A DNA stretch of 64,000 nt. Origin: Octopus vulgaris (taxonomy: Eukaryota). Location of the stretch: positions 97,340,001-97,404,000 of the forward strand of contig OX597817.1 of the NCBI GenBank assembly GCA_951406725.2, given 5' to 3'. Under the pieces are notes generated by a model. It was not told the DNA's origin. It did no database searches and saw nothing but the letters and a program-made list of their open reading frames with translations. Position numbers and translations under genes: made by a program. This document shows positions 38,579-49,529 of this stretch, one piece after another. Within the stretch, counting starts at the first letter, position 1, and every line of letters starts with the position of its first letter.

Positions 38579-38610
<32 letters not shown>
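37095..38610 (+). mobile_element. R4/Dong-like element, 5'-truncated copy 2
   Basis: KEYYSRIKKIW..NKTVAHNVFAV..DRLYLKRKQGGRGL; CRFC..HIIGSC knuckle; RPDI; FIPIIIGAL; begins and ends in (TACA)n. Confidence 0.8.
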
Positions 38611-38829
38611 CACAGTCACATGCATACATATTTTATTCGCAATGTTTGTGATTTCCAAGATAATCTGGAACAATACAGTTCCAACTCCATAGAATGTTCC
38701 TCACTCTGCTCAGTCTTACCTTCTTCATGAGATTGTTGCTGGTGATTGTTATTATTTTTCTTGTTAACTAGTTAGTGAAAACTAGGCCTTCTCTTATTCC
38801 TTAACTCCTGAATTGATTTCTTATAAACT

Positions 38830-38882
<53 letters not shown>

Positions 38883-38888
<6 letters not shown>

Positions 38889-38990
38889 AAGGAGCTTCTA
38901 CAGGACTAGAACTGTTTCATTCAAAAGAAATCATCCTGATGATTTCTTTTGAATGAAACAGTTCTAGTCCTGTAGAAGCTCCTTCTATAA
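38883..38990. repeat. Perfect 53-bp inverted repeat (2-nt spacer) containing an HHR core
   Basis: 38883-38935 is the exact reverse complement of 38938-38990; CTGATGA..GAAAC..GTC starts at the centre. Confidence 0.9.
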
Positions 38991-39062
38991 AATAAATTAA
39001 GTTACTCTGCTATGTATTGAGTACCTTATTTACTCTGGTTAACCCCGACTCAACCCGGGACC

Positions 39063-39146
<84 letters not shown>

Positions 39147-39189
39147 AAGTGTACGTACGCTGCTATATTTTATATATGAAAAGTACAAA

Positions 39190-39556
39190 AATGGGACAAG
39201 AACGCAAAATATCCAGACAGTTAGGTGAAACAAAAAAGTTAGGGACAAAAAAGGGACAACAAAATATTCAGACAGACGATACAAGGAAAACAAGGATGAA
39301 TCAGTCGGAGTTTTCTATCCTCAGTCGGGTTCCAGATTATCTTTGCAATTTCGGCTGGTTATACTCGAGATTGCTCCAATCTGGCCAGCCCCAAGGAAAA
39401 AATAAGCTAAGGGCATAACATTCCTTGGAAGAAAGCAGCGAATGTATACGATAGAAAACTCTGAATGATCCGTCCTTGTTTTCCTTGTATCGTCTGTCTT
39501 TTGTTGTCCATTTTTGTTTCACTTGTTTGGATGTTTTGCGCTCTTGTCCCAAATTT
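39190..39556. repeat. Imperfect foldback element
   Basis: GGGACAAGAACGCAAAA...GACAGACGATACAAGGAAAACAAGGA vs TCCTTGTTTTCCTTGTATCGTCTGTC...TTTTGCGCTCTTGTCCC. Confidence 0.7.
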
Positions 39557-39557
39557 G

Positions 39558-39603
<46 letters not shown>

Positions 39604-39621
39604 GGAGAAATTGTACTATAT

Positions 39622-39674
<53 letters not shown>

Positions 39675-39754
39675 CATATATATATATACATATATATACA
39701 TATACATTTACATATACATATATATATATATATAAATATACTCTCTCTTTTACT

Positions 39755-40126
39755 CTTTTACTTGTTTCAGTCATTTGACTGCGGCCATGCTGGAGCACAG
39801 CCTTTAGTCGAGCAAATCGACCCCGGGACTTATTCTTTGTAAGCCCAGTACTTTTTCTATCGGTCTCTTTTTGCCGAACCGCTAGGTGACGGGGACATAA
39901 ACACACCAGCATCGGTTGTCAAGCAATGATAGGGGGACAAACACAGACACACAAACATATATACGACAGGCTTCTTTCAGTTTCCGTCTACCAAATCCAC
40001 TCACAAGGCATTGGTCGGCCCGGGGCTATAGCAGAAGACACTTGCTCAAGATGCCACGCAGTGGGACTGAACCCGGAACCATGTGGCTGGTTAGCAAGCT
40101 ACTTACCACACAGCCACTCCTGCGCC
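39755..40126 (-). mobile_element. SINE family A
   Basis: Reverse complement of the family consensus. Confidence 0.88.
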
Positions 40127-40317
40127 TGGTGATGCAGACAGGAAAAATAGAACTCAAAATATGAGTATATGTATATTTTATTTTTTAATATTTAGCAGAA
40201 GTAACAGAGTGATTCATGGTCCGAGAATTTCGTGCGTTGGTACTTATCAATAAGTGCCAATGCAGGAAACTCTTGGAATTTGAGTCACTCTGTTACTTCT
40301 GTTAAATACCAATACAA

Positions 40318-40366
<49 letters not shown>

Positions 40367-40479
40367 TGCTTGACAATTAATGATGATTTAATTTTTCTTT
40401 TTATAGCTGCTTATATTAATTTATAGTATATACATAAGCACATCGCTAAATAAGCCATAAATTTATATGGTAAATTATA

Positions 40480-40549
<70 letters not shown>

Positions 40550-40559
<10 letters not shown>

Positions 40560-41500
40560 GATGAAACTTACTTGGAAGAGGATGCGTGGCATTCGATCAT
40601 TTAATAATATAAATAATATATAAATATATGCATATATACATACATATATGTACATACCTACATATATATCTATATACACATGCATATAGGGGTACAGGAG
40701 GTGGGAAAACGTTGAACTGAATGAGAAACGAAAACATAAAAACAAAAACATAAAAACGAACTTTTTTTCAAACAACGAAAGAAAAACAGAGTACAAGACA
40801 TACAACACAAGGAATATTCCCCTTCTTCAGTTGTCCCTGTTTCATCTACTTCGTGTTCCGAAAATAAGGACAAGACGCGACTTCGTTGAAAGAGTCCTTC
40901 CCGATAAGCAAATTAATTAAATTTAAGGTTTTTTTGCGGAGGGGTAAAAATGGTAACAAGAACACGACAGTAAGAACAAAACATGACAGTAAAAACAATA
41001 AAAAAGTAAAAACAGTAAAAGACAGATAACTGAGAATAACACAGTAAAAACAAACGATGAGGGTTGTTAAACCAAGACGATGGAAAAATTATTCTGAACG
41101 CTTATGGAGACAGCTTATGAGAGAAAAAGGATAAGCGGTCTGGTCTTGGTGAAGATAGCAGTTGGAAAGATGGCTCCCCTCTGATCCTGTGTCAGTGACG
41201 AGAGAGTCGAGGAGGAGGAGGAGGAGGAGGAGGAGGAGGAAGAAAGGGATCGGTGAAGGGGAGAGAAGAAGAATAGGGAAAGGTGAGAGAGAAAACCAGA
41301 AAGGATGAAGAACAAGAGAGGAAGAGAGATAGACAGAGAAGAAATAGTAAAGGAGAAGAGTGCGCATCATAATTATTAAGATAAAACTTACTTGGAAAAG
41401 GATGCGTGGCGTTCGATCATATAATAATATAAATAATATATAAATATATACATATATACATACATATATGTATATACCTACATATATATGTATACACACA
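40550..41500 (-). mobile_element. Non-coding element with ~120-bp terminal direct repeats
   Basis: AAACTTACTTGGAA.AGGATGCGTGGC.TTCGATCAT... at ~40560 and ~41380; shares motifs with 18745-19460. Confidence 0.55.
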
Positions 41501-41898
41501 CACACACACACACCGACAGACGAATTTAGCTAAACCAACCGAGCAATGAAGTAGGCACTGCGGACGAGTTTGGAACATAAAGACGATACTAGTCCAATGC
41601 TTCTAGCTTTGTACATGGGTCGATTATCTCCCCTGTCAATGTGTACAAATTGTGCACCTCATGCGGCTTTAAGGGTTTTAACTCTTATTTCTTACAATAT
41701 AGGTGCTATTCAGCACCCTCCGTCACAATTATTGACGATTAAATTTTTCCTTTATAGTTTATAAGCCTAGCTGCTTATATTAATTTTTAGTATATATATA
41801 TATGTATTATATATATATATATATATATGTGACCGCGTGTGTACCGTTGGCGATTTTTTTCCCTCTGTCTTCCCTTCTCTGGATCCTTCCTTCTCCTA

Positions 41899-41934
41899 TG
41901 TTTCCGACGAAGAGCTCCGCTCGAAACGTTAAGC
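41899..41934 (+). ncRNA. Minimal HHR-like motif (CCGACGA core)
   Basis: CCGACGA-A-GAGC-tcc-GCTC-GAAACGTT; palindromic AACGTT at stem III. Confidence 0.5.
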
Positions 41935-42049
41935 CCTCCTTCTTTCCTTCTTTCCTCAGCGTCCAATAATACTATATTTGTTCCACGTCGTCGCGTTGTT
42001 GTGTTTTCTCTTTGTGTTTTCATGTTTGGATTAACTTATATATCTATAT

Positions 42050-42091
<42 letters not shown>

Positions 42092-42185
42092 ACACACACG
42101 CGCGCGCGCGCGCACACACACACACACATACACACACACACACACACACACGTAGGAGTGGTTGCGTGGTAAGTAGCTCGCTAAC

Positions 42186-44220
42186 TCATGCGTGTTTGTT
42201 AGTTACTTGCTGAAATGAACACTGTCGGGACGTGCTTTGGAGGCCGTCCTGAATTAAAGAACTATTGAAGAGGTGCGACTGCAAGGTAGGCACTTGTTCT
42301 TTTAGGGATTCGGTGGGAGTTTGTTGTATGACATTGTTTTTCATATAAGAAATCTTCACTAAGTCTCGAATATTTTTCTGCTGCAGTCGCGCTGAGTAAC
42401 TCACTCAGCGGTGAGAACTGTTTTGTTTTGATGGGCGTGTCTCGCTGCCAAAATTTGTGGAAAATTTATTCGACCAATTCGTGGAGGAACTTTTTATGCT
42501 GCGACGGTGAACTGGAGTACCTGTATTCTTGTGGATTACTTGTAGACCAGGATTACCGGAATGGCGGAATTGTGTTACCGTGAATTGAACTGTCTTCCTT
42601 CGTTCTTTTTCTCTCCTCTGTCTTTTTGTTCTTTTTTTTTTGTGTGTTTTTATTGAACTTTTTATTTGGAACATTTGAACTTTGTGTTGAACTTTTTTCT
42701 TTCTTTGTTTTTGCAAGCATGGCAACAAAGAAAAACACTGCACTGGAATGGGAAATTGTGCTCTCCAAGCAGTGGGTAAAGAACTTTAATGAGAGAACGG
42801 TGGTGTTGAGAACATATTCTAAGTCCCTCGACACCATCACTGTGTTCCCTCAAGTCGATATAGAGAAAGAGTTGGCAGAATACCTGCCAACTATCAAGTT
42901 TATTGCAAGGGGTGCCAAATTTCAAACAGTGTGGTTGCTATTTGACACCCATGGGGAGCTCGCATTTTCGTGAGCCAGCCCCTGGAAGGGGAAAAAATTT
43001 TGTTTCTTCCCACATATCGTGTGAGGAAATTGACAAGAGTCTGGGTGTGTGGGCTTCCACCCGGAATAGAGCCCGAGTGGATAGAGGACACTATCCGCTG
43101 GGGTCCGGGTGGCAGCGGAGTCAGGCTCTTAAATATTAAAATGCTTCCTGCGGCTGATTGGGTGGGGTCGAAAGCAATTTTGACCTTATGGACCCAATCA
43201 GCCAAAGATCTGGTTTTTCCAGATTTCCTTAAGACGTCCGGTTCTAGGTATCCGCTGATACTTGAGGGACGCCCCCACCAAGTGTCACCTGTGCCTGGAA
43301 TCGGGCCTCATAAAGAAGAACTGCTCCAGGAACCAAGCAAGGGTCCAGTTAATAGAAGAAAATCTCCCTGTTCCCCCAACAGAGGCTCCTGAATCTCTAA
43401 CGGAGGGAGAAGAAGAGAAAGTCGAGGGGGAGGTAACCTCCCCGAAAACAAAAAGGGAAGAAAAGAAAGAAGGTGGGCTGCAATGGTTGTCCACTAATGG
43501 ATGCTGAGACGGTGGAGAGAAGGAGGGACTTCCGAACATGACGGAGGAACTCCACCCTCCCGTCGTAAACAAAAAGAATAAAAGGAAGAAGAAAAACGGG
43601 GCATCACCGGCGGTTGATGGTGCACCGGTGGCATGTTCTGAAACCCCTTCGGTGGGACGTGTGCCACCGGAGTGGGGAGAAGAAGGCCCCTCTCAGTGGA
43701 AATGTTGAAGAATATGTGATCTTCTCTCTCAGGTGAGGAGCTATAGAGAATTATATAGAAAGTTCCTTTAATAGTCGGGACCTGATAGACCCGACTTGTA
43801 TTCCAGAGTGGCCTCCGCAGGTGGCTGCTCGGGTACTAGAAGAAAGGAACTTCTATCATATAATGGACTCCTTCTCAAAGGAAGAGTACAGATCTTGTTT
43901 ATGGGCCCCCAACTTGCGGCTGCAGGAACGCCTGCAGGAGGCAAGAAACTTGATTAGGAACTCATTTGTGTAAAAGGTTTATCGCCTTATTAAATTGTTT
44001 ATAATTGAAATGGACATTTTAGTGCATAAAGTGTAATAAAATTGTAAAATTCAGTATTTTTAAAGAACAATGTTTTAGAGAAACAAAATCGGCGGGCGCT
44101 TTTCGTCTTCTCCCATCCTTATCATCCTTGTATCATTATCATTTATCTCATTGATGTCCGTGTCCAGCCCGCAAGCTACCTTACTCTGTGTACTGCCTTT
44201 ATGGAAAATTTAATAAAATA
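42186..44220 (+). mobile_element. ORF1-only (HAL1-like) non-autonomous retroposon; decayed ORF1 42719-43973
   Basis: L1/Tx1-type ORF1 with RVWVCGLPPGIEPEWI and knuckle CHLCLESGLIKKNC; no EN/RT; AATAAAATA tail; ~15-bp imperfect TSD. Confidence 0.7.
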
Positions 44221-44634
44221 AAGTAACTTGCTTACGAACCACATGGTTCCGGTTTCAGTCCCACTGCGTGGCACCTTGGGAAAGTGTCTTTTACTATAGC
44301 CTCGGGCCGACCAAAGCCTTATGAGTGGATTTGGTAGACGGGAAAATGAAAGAAGCCCGTCGTATATATGTATACGAATATATATATATATATATATATA
44401 CACATGTGTATGTGTGTGTGTGTGTGTGTGTATGTTTGTGTATCTGGGTTTGTCCCCCAACATCGCTTGACAGCCGAAGCTGGTGTGTTTTCGTACCGGT
44501 AACTTAGCTGTTTGGCAAAAGAAACCGATACAATAAGTGCTAGGCTTACAAATAATAAGTCCTGGGATCGATTTGCTCGACTAAAGACGGTGCTCCAGCA
44601 TGGCCACAGTCAAATGACTGAAACAAGTAAAAGA

Positions 44635-44635
<1 letters not shown>
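44221..44635 (+). mobile_element. SINE family A body (its head lies at 42152-42185)
   Basis: SINE consensus continues across the 2-kb insertion. Confidence 0.85.
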
Positions 44636-44701
<66 letters not shown>

Positions 44702-45375
44702 CAAAATAAGCAACAAGAATGTCTTCGGTAATTTGGTACAATCGTTTCACGCTACTTCATTTTGTTAAATATTGTAAGTATCACAACAGTTTTAAAATGT
44801 TGAGCAATCATCAGACAATTTATAGAGGTTTCCCATCAATACATATACTTATTTTCATGTTAATTGATAACATTATAAAGATGGTAGATATACAGACAGA
44901 GATGTTGATTTGAATGTTAAGAACATTAAGGTATTAGAATTAATCTTCTGACTGAAGAATATTCTTTAAGTTATTTTGAACTGCTAGAAAGTGGGGAGGG
45001 ATATTCAGTTGAATGGCGACAAAAGAGATTCTTTATTTATAGAAGTAGGCAGGGGTGAAATAAATGTCAGAAGTTATTCCTAAAGAAAATTAAAGTTGAA
45101 ATGGGATTATATTGTCTCAGAGTTTACTCCTATTTGGCAATTAGATTTTGTGGCCTCTACAAACATCACTCCTTGATATTTGTCGGTTTTATACCACGTG
45201 TTCGAAGCTAGCCACTGAAAAACAGAATTCTGTTTTTAAGTGGCTAGCTTCGAGAGTTGCATTCCCTCGCTTTCGGTACGATGTGCTTATTTATTTTGGT
45301 AGTCTTGACTTTAAGAGTCCCTCCTAGCGTGTGGCATTTATGTATAGTAATGTCCTCTATATAATATAAATATAC

Positions 45376-45450
<75 letters not shown>

Positions 45451-45904
45451 TGTGTGTGTGTCTGTGTCTGTGTGTGTGTGTGTGTTCAGCAATTAAGGAG
45501 TAATTTGGTCACGTACTGGCATTAATCTTTATTTTTTAATGGGATGCGCAATATAGTTTTTATGAAACGTAATTCAAATACAGAAAAATATTTACAGTTT
45601 AGTTGTAGTCTTTGAATCGTTATGGTGAACATTTATGAAATATAACATAAAATTGTGGTAGATATATGATTTATTTAAAAAATTACATTTGTGTCATATT
45701 TACAATTATTAAAATTATCAAAGTATATTAACTGCTCGTCATTGGTAGTATGGTCTCTGCAAAAAAAAAAGAAAATTACAAGAAATTAGTATATTTATCA
45801 GATTGAATATATTTATTGCTTTTGAAATTAAAAAAAATTAATATGACTAAATGCAATATAAAGTTTAAATTAAAAAAAAGATGCATATTGAATTCAACAA
45901 CTTT

Positions 45905-46056
45905 TCCTTGTTTCAGTCATTTAGACTGTGGGCATGAATGCTGGAGAATTGTCATGAAGGATTTTAGTCGAACGGATTGACTCCACAATTTTCAAACGGT
46001 GGGGAGAGAAACACAGATACAAACGCGCGCGCTCACTTACTCTTTCTTTCTCTCTC

Positions 46057-46109
<53 letters not shown>

Positions 46110-46270
46110 TGTATGACGGGCTTCTTTCAGTTTCCGTTTACCAAATCTACTCACAAAGCTTTGGTCAACCCAAGGCTATAGTAGAAGACACTTGCCCACA
46201 GTGCCATGCAGTGAAACTGAACCTGAACTCATGTCATTAAGAAGCAAACGTCTTACCACACAGTCACGCA
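45905..46270 (-). mobile_element. SINE family A, diverged, just downstream of the Cys-rich gene
   Basis: GACGGGCTTCTTTCAGTTTCCG...GGCTATAGTAGAAGACACTTGCCC. Confidence 0.75.
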
Positions 46271-46716
46271 TGTGTCACATAAATGTACAACAAAGTATTA
46301 AAAATCCATCAGAACCTAAGATTCTGAAGCCTACTTCACATTCTCATAAACTATATTCTGATGGTTCGAATCACATTCACTATTTAAACAGATGAAAAAT
46401 AAATATTTCTTTCATAAACGATGGATATTTGTAACGTTAAGAGCAATGTCGTGCGAAATGCATACTAGTGATTTAACATAAGTGTTAATAACGTTAAATT
46501 AAAAATTGAAAGTTAACCATCTACTTCCATATATATTATTGAATGTATGCATATATAAGGGGAAAAAACTTGAAGAAAACATTGGCTTTCTTCGAGACAT
46601 ATCTAAGATATTAAAATGAACAAGTTCGATTGATGATTGGAAAGTGATCTCTGATGCCATTTGGTTCGTTGCATGAATCCAGTAGTTTGATAACATTCCA
46701 ATTTGTATGCTAAATA

Positions 46717-46743
46717 TCATCTAAATTGCTGGATGATTATTTT
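46717..46743 (-). CDS. Probable terminal coding exon (KIIIQQFR*) of the Cys-rich gene
   Basis: Acceptor tttctcatattaaacag|AAA after a 99-bp intron; phase 0 matches the upstream donor; TGA at 46719-46717. Other downstream acceptors are not excluded. Confidence 0.5.
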   Translation of the reverse strand, partial: KIIIQQFR

Positions 46744-46842
46744 CTGTTTAATATGAGAAATAAAATAGGGGTAAAAATGTAAAAGATGGATTAAATTTGT
46801 TACATTAGGAATAGTAAAACATTAATAAATCATCTCACTCAC

Positions 46843-49442
46843 CGGTCTATAACAATCATAGTTGGTACACTTGAGCTTCCCATTTGTACACCGACAAACA
46901 TTGCATTTATCTTGTGCCATGAATGTTTCTCTGTTTTTGTAAGTTTTTCCATAATACTGGCATGTTGTTGGGGGACAATACATTTTAGTACAGACTACAC
47001 GACCAAACTGTCCACATCTACACGCATTGCAGTCATCTTTAAATATTTCACCGACAGAATAAGTTTTTCCTTTGTATGTACAAGGTTTGTCACATGTTTT
47101 TTGCTCACAATCCACTCTCCCATCAGAAGTGCACTGACATTTGTTGCATTCATTATACCATATAGAACCAATGTCGTAATGCTTGCCGTTGTAATTACAG
47201 GAACACTGCATTTTAGTGCAGCTAACTACACCATTAGATTGACAGGTACAAGTATTGCAACCGTTTTTAAATGTATTACCTATTTGATAGGTGTTTCCAT
47301 TGTAAATACAGTTACATGGGTTACTAGTACAGCTTACTTTACCGTTCGCTTCACACTTACATGTATTACAACCCTGTTTAAATGTTTGACCTACATTATA
47401 AAGCTGGTTGTTGTAAGTACATTTGCAAACGTTGGTAGAACATTGAACGTAACCAGTTGATAAACATTGGCATTGGTTGCAATCTTCCGAAAATTTATCA
47501 GCAATTCGATAAGTTTGTCCTTTATGTGTACATCCACATGGTTTATTTGTGCACTCAACTTGTCCGTTATGTTCACATTTACAAGTATTGCAATCATCAT
47601 TAAATTGTGCTCCGAAATTATAAACTCTGTTATTGTAAGTGCAGGTACATTGATTTGTGGTACAATCTACAGTACCATCGGCTTTGCATGTGCACGTATT
47701 ACAGTCCTTTCCAAATGTATTACCTATTTCGTAGGTGTTTCCATTATAAATACAGTTACATGGTTTATTTGTACAGCTTACTCTACCGTTCGTTTCGCAT
47801 GTACATGTATTACAACCCTGTCTAAATGATTGACCTACATTATAAAGTTGGTTGTTGTAAGTACATTTGCAAACGTTGGTAGAACATTGAACGTAGCCAG
47901 TTGATAAACATTGGCATTGGTTGCAATCTTCCGAAAATTTATCAGCAATTCGATAAGTTTGTCCTTTATGTGTACATCCACATGGTTTATTTGTGCACTC
48001 AACTTGTCCGTTATGTTCACATTTACAAGTATTGCAATCATCATTAAATTGTGCTCCGAAATTATAAACTCTGTTATTGTAAGTGCAGGTACATTGATTT
48101 GTGGTACAATCTACAGTACCATCGGCTTTGCATGTGCACGTATTACAGTCCTTTCCAAATGTATTACCTATTTCGTAGGTGTTTCCATTGTAAATACAGT
48201 TACATGGTTTATTTGTACAGCTTACTCTACCGTTCGTTTCGCATGTACATGTATTACAACCCTGTCTAAATGATTGACCTACGTTATAAATCTGGTTGTT
48301 GTAATTACATTTGCAAACGTTGGTAGAACATTGAACGTAGCCAGTTGGTAAACATTGGCATTGGTTGCAATCTTCCGAAAATTTATCAGCAATTCGATAA
48401 GTTTGTCCTTTATGTGTACATCCACATGGTTTATTTGTGCACTCAACTTGTCCGTTATGTTCACATTTACAAGTATTGCAATCATCATTAAATTGTGCTC
48501 CGAAATTATAAACTCTGTTATTGTAAGTGCAGGTACATTGATTTGTGGTACAATCTACAGTACCATCGGCTTTGCATGTGCACGTATTACAGTCCTTTCT
48601 AAATATAGTACCAATTTGGTAGGTGTTTCCATTGTATGTACATTTACATGGTGTGTTAGAGCACTGCACAATACCGCTTCTTAAGCATTCACATTGGTTA
48701 CAGTCATTACTAAATCTTTGTCCAACTCGATAAGTCTGTCCTTGGTAAGTACATTGACAGATTTTCTTTGTACATTCTAACTGACCGTTGCCTCTACAAT
48801 AGCAAGTGTTACAATCCCCTTCAAATTTCTGGCCCACATTTAATACTTTTCCTCTGAAGTAACACTTACAAATGTTCTTTGTACATTTAACCTGACCGTT
48901 ACTTAAACATTCGCATGTATTGCAATCATCAGTGAAAGTTTGGCCGGTTTGATATCGTACATTTTTATAATAACATCCGCATCTATCGCTGTTACACTGC
49001 ACTGTTCCTGTAGTTTGACAAGTGCAAGTTTTACAGCCATCATTAAAACTCACTCCAACATTGTAATCTTTACCATTATATTGGCACTGACACACATTAT
49101 TGGTACACTGAACATATCCAGAAGAAAGACATTTACATCTATTACACTTGTCTTGAAATTCTTCACCTTCTTGGTACTGCTTTCCATTATAAGTACATCG
49201 TTTAGTACAGTCTTTGTTGCTACATTGTATCTGGCCATCGTATTTGCATATACATGTATTACAGGACTGCTGGAATATCTGTCCTACTCTGTAACGTCTA
49301 CCCTGATAGGTACATGAAGGTCGCTGCCCATAGTCACAACGTAAATTTGAACAAACTGCCTTGCCATTTTTGTCACATGCACACGTGTTGCAGTCGATCC
49401 TAAATGTTCCTGTATACCTCTTTCCATTATATGTACATTCAT
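46843..49442 (-). CDS. Large coding exon (2600 bp): 23 tandem ~37-aa six-Cys modules, pacifastin-like / half-VWC-like
   Basis: Uninterrupted ORF 46822-49461; acceptor ttcttttctttacag|AT at 49442; donor CCG|GTGAGT at 46843; module C-x-Y-x-G-x2-Y-x2-G-x2-F-x3-C-N-x-C-x-C-x3-G-x-V-x-C-[TS]-x3-C. Confidence 0.92.
47383..48599 (-). repeat. Coding higher-order tandem repeat, 444-bp period (4 modules), ~2.7 near-identical copies
   Basis: Modules 9/13/17 are identical and 10/14/18, 11/15, 12/16 nearly so; off-frame ORFs recur at 444-bp spacing (47391/47835/48279; 47467/47911/48355). Confidence 0.95.
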
Positions 49443-49529
49443 CTGTAAAGAAAAGAAACAATGATTATTTCAATCAACTAGTACCATGTTCTTAGAAAAG
49501 GAACAGGGTGTGTATTCTAGCATAAGTAT

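Noticed and set aside
47383-48599. CRISPR-like array
   Set aside because: Contiguous in-frame coding repeat with no unique spacers; eukaryotic context, no cas genes.
46912-49317. Antisense and off-frame ORFs over the Cys-rich exon
   Set aside because: Shadows of the coding repeat; they recur with its 444-bp period.
49443-49461. Track start MFLFFT for the 879-aa ORF
   Set aside because: This is the polypyrimidine tract and acceptor; the true start is likely in the upstream signal-peptide exon.
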